A stretch of DNA of 48,563 bases, filler included, from Catajapyx aquilonaris (lineage: Eukaryota): the NCBI GenBank assembly GCA_000934665.2. It is 3 parts of 3 records of this genome, joined end to end, with 100 filler letters (N's around TTAATTAATTAA, not from the genome) between each part and the next. Parts side by side here need not be neighbours in the genome. Positions count along the whole stretch, not along the records: positions 1 to 16,143 come from JYFJ02007283.1; 2 more parts are not named here. The stretch is one strand, 5' to 3'. This document shows, piece after piece, positions 1 through 13,200 of this stretch (within the stretch, counting starts at the first letter, position 1; every line of letters begins with the position of its first letter). Below the pieces are notes generated by a model. The model had not been told where the DNA came from, searched no databases, and was given only the letters and a program-made list of their open reading frames with translations. Position numbers and translations under genes: made by a program.

Positions 1-280
1 GTAGGGGAAAGGTGGTGATCAAGGGGCAAGCTGACAGTGCAAGACCCCGTGGTTGTGACCACCCCGACCAGGATATTCTCCTGGACCGGGAGAGGCCTGG
101 ACTGGTGGGTGACCGTGGTTTATATAGTGATCCGACACCCCACAGCATGATGGGAAGTTTTATCAGGAGCCAACCAGAGGCGGGCGATTACACAGAGTCG
201 CAAGATAACAAGGGGGTTCCACGGTCAAAACACGCAAGGCAAGAAATGGGGTAGGACAGTGCAGCTGGTGCTGTCACATT

Positions 281-356
281 ATCAATTCAATTCAATTCAA
301 TTCAATTCAATTCATTTATTTACCTCCCTGCCTCTTTCTCGAAGGGAGGGCGGACT
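281..356 (-). repeat. (TTGAA)n microsatellite, probably a retroposon 3' tail, with an adjacent hairpin
   Basis: (ATTCA)n array next to TTTATTTACCTCCCTGCCTC...GGGAGGG. Confidence 0.55.
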
Positions 357-1938
357 TGTTATCTACAAGTAATACTGGTAATACTTGTACTTTTTATAAT
401 CAGTAAATGTAACTGCAACTGATTAAAAAATAAGTACAGCTTAGTGCCAAAATATTGTTTACCACTAAGGACAATTCAATTGGCATAACCTATACGCAGC
501 GTAAATTTTGATTTCGACTTCCAGACGTAATTTTCATCCAATGATGTTATTACCACATACCACGTTAGTATTACATCTGATTGTTTGCATGCGAACCATG
601 CAGCATAATTATGGTGATGCCCGGAAGCAGTACTCTATCAAATAGGTTATATGCCACATCTATTCATGCTTTAGTGTTTAGTCCATTTACAATATGGCTC
701 TTACGTTACGTTAATTTTAAAAATCATCACCTTCCTAGACGCATATTTAGTTTTGCAATTTGTGCTAAAATTACTGTAGTGCTCTTCTTGCACACCATTC
801 CGTATACGTCACTGAACATTTAATTACCAAAAGTATCGAGAAGCAATTTCTTTAGGCTATCATGTCACCGTCAAACTTTTTTGAGATTGCTCCGACAAGA
901 AAATTAACCTTGATCTTGTTGGAAACGAGAGTTTGTCATCTCCTCCTTTGAAGAAAAGGTATTTTCTGTCAAAATTTAATTACAAAGTTTCCTACCGAGA
1001 AAAGATAGGCAGTGATATTTTTGCAAGTCCTGCCTTTCTACACTAGCAGTATAAACCGGCTTCCGAAATGCAACATTTTGCACCACAAAAAGGGGCTAAA
1101 TTATAGAAAACTTGTAAATTTTTATTGAATCGCAATTCAATTTTGTGAATGTCTCGTCTTTCTAAAGATTGCATTTATTTTTAAACAGGTACACATATTC
1201 CTAAAAAGCGCGTTATCAATATTAATTTTGGCCTCTCCTCGTGGAACACGTTAGAGACAGGAGCAACTTTAAAAAAAGAACTTAGCCCAATTTTAATACT
1301 GACGTTGAAAAATTGTTGCGGTAATGATACGTAGGACAAAAACCGCTGACATTTTGAAGGAAGGAACTATGAAGTATGATATCCTCCTCATAATATGCCT
1401 AACGTAAATTATACTTAGTAGGTTGCTGTATTGATTAAATCTACGTTATTAATTAACTTTTGTATATCATATAATTTGTTATTTCAGTTGAATTTAGAAT
1501 GATTGAAAGATTGAAGAGAAATATTACATGTTGCAATGAACTCTTTTGGTCACATTGTATGTCAGCATGACAAATGCACGACTTTTTATGGGAAATTTAC
1601 TTTAGAATTCCACCAAAATGAGGATTTTTTTTTTGAAGCAAATACGAAAAATGCGATTGTCACGTCAGCTACCATTGGATTGATGGATGAGTCTTGGACT
1701 TGCACCAGCAGCCTGACAGAAGGGGAAAAAATTACTTCAGGAAGAGTTGCGAATGAAACTGTATATAGGTGATATTTCATAACGCGGAAACAAAATTTTC
1801 TGGGGTCATTACATCGAGTGGAAAATAGGATAGTTGTTACATGAACTCAATATCAAGATTTTGCTGTAAATGATGCGTATTTCCTTGTGGTATTTGAGTT
1901 CATCTTACGCCACATGGATCTCCTCGAATATTATAGGG

Positions 1939-2200
1939 CAGTGGTTCCAAACCTGGGGGTCGTGACCCCCCAAGGGGACCATGGAGCCGGACCAGGGGGG
2001 CCGTGAGAGGTCGCGGTTATTTTTATAAAATAAAAAATAACTAAAATAAACAAATTAATAAAATAAATTTTATAGGAAATTTCATTACGAAGGTTTTTTT
2101 TCAACAACTACTAACACTCCGGGAGGGGGGGGAGGGGGTCGCAGGTTACTAGACTATCATAAAAGGGGGGTAGCGACCCGAAAAAGGTTGGGAACCACTG
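1939..2200. mobile_element. hAT (Charlie-like) MITE
   Basis: TIR CAGTGGTTCC.AACCT / AGGTTGGGAACCACTG; perfect 8-bp TSD TTATAGGG. Confidence 0.93.
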
Positions 2201-2257
2201 TTATAGGGGAATGCCTGCCTTCATTGATCACTCCAGTAAATTACTGGAGTAGTAATA

Positions 2258-2258
2258 T

Positions 2259-2311
<53 letters not shown>

Positions 2312-2587
2312 TTTATTTATTTATTTATTGATCATACCCCGTGCGCCGTGCTAGAGCTTTGGCTCCCTTAGTGGGGTGGATTACCATCATTGGATGGGAC
2401 CAGGGATAGGGAAGGAAGCGGCTGTGGCCTATTTTTAAGGAAACTACCCCGGAATTGTCCTGGGGGGACCATGGAAAACCACAGAAAACCATGGTCAGGG
2501 TCGCCGGCCCCGGGATTCGAACCCAGGACCTCCCGATTTGCAGGCCGGCTCCTTATCCCCTACGAGCCTACACCAACCTGCTTCGGT
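2258..2587 (-). mobile_element. tRNA-derived SINE, family A
   Basis: 14-bp TSD CTGGAGTAGTAATA (2244-2257, 2588-2601); B box GGTTCGAATCCC; (TAAA)n tail. Confidence 0.92.
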
Positions 2588-2834
2588 CTGGAGTAGTAAT
2601 AGTGACTAATCTAATGTGAATATCCCATTATATTCGATAGCAGGCCTACATAGTAATCGGAATAAGATTCAGTTAGAAGTTTTTAATCAAATGGCAAATA
2701 GATGTAATTCTTTTACTGCTCTAGAGATATACTAAAGATAACCTGCACTTAATCTGATTCAAAATCCATAGTTTCAAGCAAAAGTATTGTAATTATCATT
2801 TCGTCCTTTACTTCAGGGCAATTACATTTCAACT

Positions 2835-2901
2835 ATCATCATCATCATCATCATACTGTATTCATCACGGCTTCCCCCCCCNCCCCCCCCCCCAAAAAAA
2901 A

Positions 2902-2952
<51 letters not shown>
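2835..2952. repeat. Compound microsatellite: (ATC)n, poly-C, poly-A, (CAA)n
   Basis: Directly visible. Confidence 0.95.
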
Positions 2953-5900
2953 CTGGGATGCCAGCGGATAACGAGGTGGTCCTCGCTATCCTCATAGTTA
3001 CATGACCGATTATTAAAAAAAATCCTTTCATTTTCATTTCAACTGTAATTATTATATCTAATACTTATCAGTGGCCATAAAGTAGTCTGTAAGTTATAAT
3101 ACGGCGGTAGGGCAAAACCCGCAAAACCTATAAAAAATTGGATTTTAAAATGTGAACAGTTAGTTTTTAGGAATGCTCTCTATACTAAACCTGTCTAGCA
3201 ATTGAATACCGGTAATTTATGATGAAAAACAGCAGCTCCTCATCTCCTGAAATTATCGCTTGTTGTATTACACTATATTTTCCACAGCTGATACTTAATA
3301 ATGACACATCTCTCTCAATATTTGACAGCCTCTTCCCTGCAAGTCAATCATCAAAAATCTGCCTGGCACACCCGGGAAGTCTTCCTCAACCCTTTTCCTA
3401 TCTAAACACCGCATCCTTCACACCTGACAGCATGACCCAGTGCAAAAACGCCATGTAGCTCTGGTTTGGTCGTGAAGTTCCCTGCAAGAGACCGTGGAGT
3501 GCATTCTAGAAGCGTGCCGGTGGCGATGGCATTGATATATGGCACCCAGCTCGGCAGCATTTGGCTCCGAGGGTATAAGGGGGTTGGGCCCTGCCCCCTC
3601 CGTCCCTCGCCTCCATTCTGGCGTCTCGCTGCGAGGTGGCGACACTGGCGTCACCATGTGCTGCGCCATGTCACGCATATTTATCTAGGCTGCGTCCGAG
3701 GAAACCCGGACTGCATGCCGATGTCAGTTCCGAGTGCCAAGATCGTCTCCAACTCTTCCTGCTCTTGTAGTCGAACGGAGAACAAGACGGATTGCAGAGC
3801 TTGGGGGCCTTTAAAAAAATAGGGGGAGATTGACTACAAAAAAGGGGTGGGCACGTGGGACTAGGATGGCCGCCATTGGCGTTGTTTGATTTGGCAGGGT
3901 ACCATGCAAGCTTCATTTACAGATGGGGAAAGAGAGGGATTACGGGGTGCGATGGGATGGATATAAAGGGTGTGTTTGGGTGTTGGAAGGATGCCACAGC
4001 TGGGTTTATTCGTGCCGAGGGCTGTTTGTCATGGGGAGGTGTGCAAGTCCTTATGTGACGGAGACTTTGTTTCTCTTGTTCACTGGATTCATTATAGACA
4101 AGTTTTCCTACCTAAGCAGCGTGGAAAGCCAGACTTTCTGGTTAGTATGAGAGTGGTTCCTGCGAATGAAAACACACCTTTTGGTGTACTCAACACCAGA
4201 CTGGAAGATTGTAGATCACTTTAGAGGGTGACTTTACAGGTTCAAATGGAAGAGATAAATTGTGATTTGAGAAAGGCCTACACACCAGATCTTAGCCTAC
4301 AACATGTTTTCCCCTTGTGGTATTGAGTAGCCTATTTTTGCCATTTTCATACCTGCAAACCACACATGTTCATTATGCTGGTAGCTTTTGTTTTGGACCT
4401 AAGCTGTTCTTTCTAAGCAGTTACTTGGGAGCAGGATTTTTTTAGTGGTTGTTAAATATATTAGCTGCTAACATTAATCCTCTTTGAGTAATCTGTCTAA
4501 TAAGCTCTGAATTTCTGAGAAGGACCTTTTGGAACAGTTGAAGGTTTTTTTGTGTCAAATAATAGCATGTCAAAAAATTAATTCGGCAGAAGGGACAAAA
4601 AACGCTTTACCTCACCAGTTTGTGTAGTTCCTTCAAATACCAGTATGGTATACAAGTATTTGTTGAGATAGATGAGGTTACAGCACGAAAGATAAAGGAC
4701 AGTCTACTTTTATTAACCACAGAGTTCACTTACTGGTCATACAGGTACCAATTTGCACAACATGGTGTAGCCTACTGTATGTGGTTTTAGTATAACTGAA
4801 AATTTTTATACTCCAATAGTTTTTACTCGGAAACTTCTCTGCAACTCTTCTGAAAATTTGACACTGTAAATAATGAACTATCATTTAGTTTTAGACCTCT
4901 CTCCTGACTCTTATCATACGTACCCTTTTGCGGTTATTCGATATCTTAAATTATGGTGAAGTGAAGAGTTTCTTTTACATACATTCCAATTAATATGGAG
5001 TAGTTTTGCTATACGAATTTGACTTTCTTATCTTTATGGGAGACTTTCGTGTTTTTCTGGGGGTTTATGCAGCATTTTCCTCAATTCTTTCTTGAATATA
5101 CGTTGCTCCAAGTAACAATCTCCATGGGGGCGGAAGTCATTGTGCGATTTAGAATTCTTCCAGGAAAACCGCAAATGTCACTGGCATCTGGTGTTTTCCA
5201 TTGCGTAGTTTTTTTTTTGCATTCGCATATTTTATGTGACAAAGGCTGTTTTCGTGTCAGACGTAGAGATGCCCTGGAAATATCTGAATTTGTATAAATC
5301 TCATTTTGGTCAATTTTTGACATAAGTCATGCTGTTTTTCTAAATTGGGGTGGAACGTCATTCATTGCACCCATTATTTGCAAGGCAATATCTAATTTTA
5401 GGAGCTAATATCGTTATTTTTAAACGTAACTATTCAATAGTCAACTGCTTAATAATGAGTGGTTTAGTGCCACAAAATCGCTAACCACTATACGGCCTTT
5501 TCAATAGGAACATATTGTATTTTAAAAATCCTCGTCGCACTAATCAGTATTATCCGTCAAAATTGTTCTATTCCGTTTATTTCAAAATGTGTTGATATTT
5601 CTCGGCTTTTATTACGTACCCCCTAACCTCTCTGATTTGATATTTCCTAGACAAATCCTTATATTTCACACCAGCACAGTCTTTTCGCAAAGAGAAACAT
5701 TGACGAAAAAAGTGTCTCTTACAGACATTTTAAATTGAAAGCGTCGCTGAAGACATCCGTTTAACTTGTATAGACTACTTTCTAGGACTGTTACCTGCAA
5801 ATGGCGCCTCCGGTGGAGAAAACAATTCCCTTTTTCACTCTCACTTCGAAGGCTGATAAGGGGCGGCTTCAAGTTGTGCTGAATTAGTTACACAATTCTA

Positions 5901-8414
5901 CGACGCAGAAAGACCCCTACGCATCATTAGTCCCCGGTTACTTCACGCACCATAAAAAGCCAAACACGACACGTTCATTTCTAGTAATAGGTGTAGTGTT
6001 GGCTATACGTGTGAGGCTATACGGGACGAGACACATTCTTTGACTCACATGTGCCTATTGAAAAATCCACATTTCATAAATTTGTAAGAAGACTACTACA
6101 ATTGCTAAACTACTTTTTCTGGCAAAATAGGTCGATCCCAGAGCAAAATTCTCTCTGACAGTATGCGGTAGTCCACATGAAAGGCGTCAAAGCGCGAGAA
6201 ACAAGAAACAAGATTGCCTATACATGCACCGTGCTTTGTGTAACAACCGCCGTGATAGTAGAAGGGCGGTTTGGTTCGTCATGTTAGGACCTCTGAATTT
6301 AATTTCATCAGTTAATGAATTTTACGTAAACTACAAAGTACTTCCATGTGTGTGGTTTAGCTGCACAGGGCAGGTTATGGAGGAGGTATAGAAAGGAGGA
6401 GGTGAAGAAAGGCGCGAAAGGCAGCGACGTAAATCCTTGTCGCATGGGTCACCGGTCTGGGATTAGATCTCGAGCTGAGAAGCCTCATCAAGAGCTGATC
6501 AAGAATAACAACTCGACTATAGACAGAATAGTGCAATATTATCGCTGATATTCAAACCTACATTTTTCATGAGAGATGTCCGAGATAATAATGTGCCAAT
6601 ATAGTACGGGTAATTCGACTTGCATGTAGAGTGCCTGGAGGCCTATGCACAAGTATAATTGAAATGTGAGCGTATACGCCCTCCGACGTATGTTATGCGT
6701 CCACTTTCCAAATACTGTAATCTGCAACCTGCGACCCAAAGGCGGTCGTAATGCGTTTCGGAGCCATTCACCGGGACAAGATCCCTTTTACTGTACTACT
6801 GTATATCTGTAGTCTTTAGACTTCCGGAAGCCCCCTGTTAGGAGAGACACAAGAATGAAAGCACTGTTCTCCCTCAGTTCTTTTTTTCCCCCAACCTAGA
6901 GCTGCACTAAGCTGGTGGTAAATACAATATTGGGCTGCTACACTGTGTGCCTATAATACTATCTAATCTTAAAAGTTTACTACTCCTATTAGATCTTTTT
7001 AAACGTTAAATACTGTCCGCTTCACTGACCCTTCTTAGCGTCGGTTTCCTGTTGCACGGAGGAAAGTGCGCGTGCAAGATGAAACTCTCTCTCTGCTATA
7101 AACGTTTTAAAAGAACCTGCATGCACTGTACTAAAGGAATTACCATATACTCACTGTCAGACCTGAAAGAAGAGCGTCTGTACAAAGGAGCGAGCCATTT
7201 ATCGGGTGAAATAATCTGAAATAAACTTATTCTGGAATTCACTCGCTCGAGTGAAGGTGTAAAGATTATAAACTATCCTTATGAAGTTATGAACTATAAA
7301 AGTCTATGAACCGTATATGAAGTTGGAAATTGCCAGAGACTGCTATAGCGAGAAGCAGGTTCTAAACACATCACTGCCCTTCAATACTCTACTGCAGAAT
7401 TGTCCTATACTGTAGTTTGCACATGGTTCCTATTGTTCTAATATTGGAATCATACCGGACTACTACAGATGGATTTGTTCATTATACGGTGGAAAAGCGC
7501 ACAATATTATCGGTTAGTTGTCGCTATAGTGCAGTATATTGTGTTGCATTGCGTGCATGTGATTGTGGGTATAATTGCAATTAATTCAACTTAATAATTC
7601 CCAGTGCCCAAACATGTTAGGTGATTCCATTCCCCCACCTGGACCAAGGTCCGTTACCTAAATTTCCATGTTCATGACGACGCCTTCTTAATTCACTGGG
7701 TTGTCGCTAGGTAACAGAGGATCTGATTGCGCAGGAAAATACATGTTACGCTTATTGGAGCAGAAGATGACACGAACAGCTGTCAGGAATACCTATAGGG
7801 CTTACACAGCGCGCGAACTCTCGGGTCTACAATAGTTATCCAGGGAGCGAGTATTGTACTTACTGTACGTAACTTACTGTACACGTGGTACTGTATTACC
7901 TTATCTTCCTATTATAATAGGAAGATAAGGACTTGAGATTTGCGTAAAATTACAAGCTCAGAACATCATTCTGTGAATTTATTACGGAGCCAGAAATGAT
8001 GGAGCATCTTATATAGTCCCATATCCCATAAATTTAGTTTTACTCATGTATTAATTGAATTGTCTCATTCAAATAGCTAAGCCCTTTCTCAATTTGAATA
8101 CATAACCTATGACCCTATAGGATATCGGTAGTGGCCCAATGATAATGACCCCATCTGTTTTAATAATGACAATTCTAGTGGCACAGCTTTACTTGCCATC
8201 TTCATCCTTATTTTTACTTATGCAAAATGATAGCAAATATTGACCGAAAAACGATCTTTATAAATATACTATTGTATATATAATGCTTATGTTCAATTGA
8301 CTAGTCTTGTGACATACGCATAAATGTAATACTCTACCAAAACACAATTTACATAGCTATTGTACTATTTACTACACTGGAACAACATATTTAACAGTAC
8401 CTCTACCGAATATT

Positions 8415-8766
8415 TTTATTTTATTTTTTAAAATTACCCCGTGATGTCCCTCTATGGGAGCTATAGGGGGGTGGCATACCACCATCAGTTTTCTGTATAT
8501 TTTTCTCTTCATTCACCGGTGCAAAGAAACAAGGACAATGGGAAAGGATAGGAATTTTTGGGGAGGGAACATGTGTGCAAGGTGCAGTGTCATTTGCTAT
8601 TGGGCCAGGTGCTGTCCCCCAGGAGGTTAGGTTGCCAGACACCTCCTTGGTGCAGGTCAGAGACCCTCCTGACGCAGGTGAAAGGAAAGTTCCCCAGGCG
8701 GGGATCGAACCTGGGGCCTTTCACTCAGCAAGCCGTGACGTTACCATCACGGCCACCACACCTCCC
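8415..8766 (-). mobile_element. tRNA-derived SINE, family B
   Basis: 15-bp TSD CCTCTACCGAATATT (8400-8414, 8767-8781); A box TGGCCGTGATGG, B box GGTTCGATCCC; A-rich tail. Confidence 0.92.
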
Positions 8767-9991
8767 CCTCTACCGAATATTGACCCATCACATATATAGA
8801 TTTACTCCTTTGGACAATATTAGTGTATTATGGTTGAAATATGGTGCAACAACGGCTTTTTGCGGAATTTGTAGCAGCGATCATAATACAGAGTGGTACC
8901 CTGCCCAAGCAAACAGTACTGTACCAAGGGGGGTATTAGCGGATAATTGATGGATTAATCACAGATGGAGATGAAAACCGAGTTGGTGGCCATCTGCGCG
9001 CCTTGCAGTGCACTTGCATATCGTTGTACTCCGTTGCGAACATTGTAAATGGTTTAGAAGAGAAGAAATTTTTTGCTCTTTAGGTATGCAGATGTACGCA
9101 GATGGGAGAGGGATGGTTATTATTTTAAATAATTAACCATTTTTTCAACTTTTGAATGAAATGCAAATGCATTGCCAGAAATGGCTTTCGACTTGATCTA
9201 CATCTCCAGGGGTGACTATTCCAGCAATATTCTTCCCCATCATTCCTCTTGGCGGGTTCATCAACTATAGCAGTACCACCCAGTTTTATACTGTAGGCCT
9301 AGTATCTGCACACCCCATTAAAAATTGTTATGAATTCTTGTGAAATATTAATCTTCTTTAAGTATTTATTTTTCAGTGCCATTCCCTGAAGATAAGCCTC
9401 CACTGAAACACAATGCATGCACCCAGGGTTATTGAAAAGGTGTACATATATGCACAGAGAACATTCATAAATACTGAATAATTTTAATGCACAAAAGGAT
9501 CTATTTCATAATGATTTTAGTGACTGTTTTTAATGGAAGGTGTTCATATTAATGTTGCACGGGAACGCATGGGGATATGAAACTCAGTGTTGTCCTAGTA
9601 GGCTATAATAATTGTGCGGTATTGAAAAAAAAACCGAATTTTAAAATACAAATTGTTGCAATATTTCCTATGTAAAATTGTCATGTGAGGCACTAGTAAA
9701 TTAGGCAATGCTAGACATTTTACATTTTCAAGCAATGATAGGTGACACTCTTTTTAGAGTTGCATGTTGTTCACTGTAAAATAATGATATTAAATGCAAG
9801 CGATGATTACTAAATACTGGTTAAATAGATTACTCCACAAGAGTCTGTGAACCACAAGCTCATCTGTGGACGAGTCCATTTTAGATTGCTGAGTTATCAA
9901 ATCGCAACTTTTTAGTTGAAACAATATATCTTTCTGTCTCAATGGATTGTTATTGACAGGGTGCGTTTAAAAAGGAAGGTGAAGACTAAAT

Positions 9992-10250
9992 GAAAGTCTC
10001 GGGGGAAGAACGATCAAGGTCCACCTCAAGTAAAACTGAGATATTCCTATTTCAAATTTCGAAGGCCCGTAAGATTCCATTGTAGGCCTATATCCAATTT
10101 TCGGGGCCTTCCATAGTGACCTATGATCGTTACTCACAACCATGCACGACCAAACCATCATATTCTACGTAGTGAAACTATCTTCGGAGATATGTAACTC
10201 ATTTTTGACAAAAAAAAGTGGCACTTGATCGTTCTTCCCCCGAGGTCATC
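9992..10250. mobile_element. Sola1-like MITE
   Basis: 33-bp imperfect TIR (GA....CTCGGGGGAAGAACGATCAAG..CCAC); 4-bp TSD AAAT (AWWT type). Confidence 0.7.
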
Positions 10251-13200
10251 AAATTTGCACTACTGATAATGATATGCATGGTATGCTAAACGTTCTTTAT
10301 GCATATTTCTTTAGGGTGTTTGTCAATTCGAACTCATTTTAAAGTTTGTTGTTCATACAAATTTTGAGTCTTCCACTTATTTTTTCAGGCAATCCTCGCT
10401 ACATTCCTTCCCTGGAATGTTCCTATATAGGCGTCATTGAAGGACACAATTGTTGAGTTGCTAACAACCGAAGGTTTTTCCAGGAATATTCATATCCTGT
10501 TGCCTTTGCCGATGCATATTGATCCATTTAGGCTGTTAGCCTAATTACTCCACGAGTACGGGAAAAAATTATTTTGAGTAATGGGGTTGGCTACGCAAAA
10601 AGAAATGGCTATTTAAGAATTACAGCACGTTTGTGGTATTTTTTTCGTTGGACAAAAGTGTGACAAAGGGAAGGAGATATGGCACAGGAGTAGACATCTG
10701 AGACCTGTGTAGTGCTCCGCAAACAACAAGGCCCGAGAAAACATGACCAGGACTTGTTCTTGAAAGTAGATAGCAGCAGTGTAGAAATATTATTGCTGGC
10801 TGTTGTCTCATTGTTGCGTCACTTATAAAATTACGAAAGCTTTCATCCCATTGCCATGAATTTGTAAAGATTTCACTACTCAATGGGAAATTGGAATAAA
10901 ACAAGTGCTTACTATTTTCTGAGACATATAACAGTCCTAGAGGAACGAGGAAATCCATCTGGGGACTCATACGTGCGATCGCATCTCTGAATATTAACGA
11001 CTAATCAGAAGCAGGAAGGAGAGGAGGGAGCCGAGGGAGCTTGAGGCGATAATCGTGCTGTACTGGTATACTATGTAGGTGTAGATATTTGTTCGCATAA
11101 TGGATTGTAATGACATGAATATTCCGTGGGACGAACCGTGTGACCAGACAGCAGTCCAAACTGCCTGTTGCATCCTCACTTGCTGTGGTCTGGAATATTC
11201 TTCAATGGTTCACAAGTGAGGATCGTTTTCGTTATACAGACTGTTCATATATTGGAAAGCGTTCGTCAATTCTCTTGAGCAGTAGCGTTCCGTTCTGTTG
11301 CCTATCAAAATTGTATACTGAAGAAGTGAAGATATCCCGATATTTACTAATTAATTCATATTTTACAAATACAGTACCGGTACTATTCATCGGCGCATGC
11401 TACTACTAAATAATTATTTTAAGGTGCATTTTTAGATGTGAAGGAGACATTTGCAGGATAAATTATTTTGTGATAGGTCGAACTCAAAGTAATATACATT
11501 TGTAAATCTGCATATTTTCAGCATACTGGATTTAGTGCATTTAATATAGAAGACAAAATGCCAACCCTTGCATACTTCTACTACACCTTACCTTAGTGAA
11601 TCTCAAATTATCTTAGAATACAAAAGGGAAGGGACTCTACCCTAACTTTGTCTAGCATTTTAAAATTGAGCTTGCATAAAGTTGAGGTACGGGTCAACGT
11701 TGCATACGTAGGTACGGTATACCGCATCTCTCATGAATAACAGATTAGTCACATGCCCGCCAGCGGCAGGATTGACAGGGCTTATCGCATTTTTTTCACC
11801 GATGCTCCTTTCCATAAATGATTACGCCCTGGGATCAAACATCTCGCAGGTCGCGCTCTGCACAATTGCTTGCTATCATTAACACATGCTGCGTGGAAAA
11901 ATATATCCATCGTGGACTCGATACACGTACAGAGCTACATGACTTCAATTACAAATGCGCAGCTTTGATATACGCCACCCTTCCATTCCTGGAATCTCTT
12001 TTCAAGCTCCAATGATTTTGTGGTACGTAAATGCTGGTTTCATATATGAACGTTTCAACTCTGTATGTGGGTTTCTGCGCTCCTGCAGGTTTAATATCCT
12101 GCTCAGCATGGAGTTGGGCTGTACAGTAGAGTGTATAGCTGAGGATTTTGAGAACAGACAACGCATCACACAAATCAAACTCAATCTGCTGTTCAATTTA
12201 TTCTGGTTGATAGTGTACGTGAAGGAATTACACTGCGCAGGATGTTGATTCATTGTGACATTTCAATTCTGTATTAAATGTGCCATCGCGAATGCAGCCG
12301 TATTTTCCAGTGCCACAGTTCTAGGGCTCGTGAGGTACTGTTGGAGCATAGGTAGTGCAAGCAATAAATTATTATTAACCAAATTGTGGAACATATTCAA
12401 AACACGTAATATTAAGATAAATTTATTTATGATATTTATCATTTCTATTGCCAAGAGCTAACAACAACGAGCTCGTAGCTCTTGCTATTGCTATTGCTAT
12501 GTATAAGTAAATAGATGTTTTTATGGGAAGGTTAAGGGTGTGTCCCCCTAAAGGAGCTCCGCTCCAGAATGGGGTAAGTAGCCTACTGTAAGTAAATAAA
12601 TAAATATTAAGATAAATTTGAGAGTCCAAAAGCAAAATGCATATGGCGATTCAAAAATTCGACTTTACTTTGATGATTATCCAATGTATTTTAATTTTAG
12701 ACACGATAATACCCTGGCAAAATATTAATATTAATATTACTTTATATGGCCGTGTATGATAAAAATCGTATGCATGTGAAGTAATCTAAATACCCACACT
12801 CCCACAGTAACGCTATTGTATGTTGGATTGCATCCAAATTGGCCTTGTGCAAGTTGATTCCAGAATAAGTTAGTAATTAGTTACACATGGGGGGGAATTA
12901 GTGCACTAAAATAGAACTTGGAGTCTCCAGGGCTGCTAATCTATTTTCCAGTCTGCCAACACAGTAGTCCAGTCGCAGTGTGAGACGGCACTAGGAAGTT
13001 TCTTGCTGGCAGGCTGCACGTTGGATTTGCTTTGAGGTATATCCTGCCATACAGAAAGGCCAGAATTGTAAGGGAGCTCATCTTTCATATACAGTATCCT
13101 TCTCTCCTCCATATTGATGGAGGGCGAACCGAGAGAATTCGCTTTTCCATCCGATTCCTGTAAACACATTTGCTCTTCTCCTAGCTGCACAGTTGAGCTT

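Noticed and set aside
2822..3037. Poly-Val ORF
   Set aside because: Translation of microsatellites
5498..6064. 16-bp inverted repeat as MITE ends
   Set aside because: Short, does not extend outward, no TSD
8680..8766. tRNA gene (also the heads near 2500-2587 and 26290-26365)
   Set aside because: A/B boxes belong to SINEs with TSDs and A-rich tails; no complete cloverleaf was recognised
9384..9410. Hammerhead ribozyme core CTGAAGA...GAAAC
   Set aside because: Stem II cannot pair and no flanking stems were found
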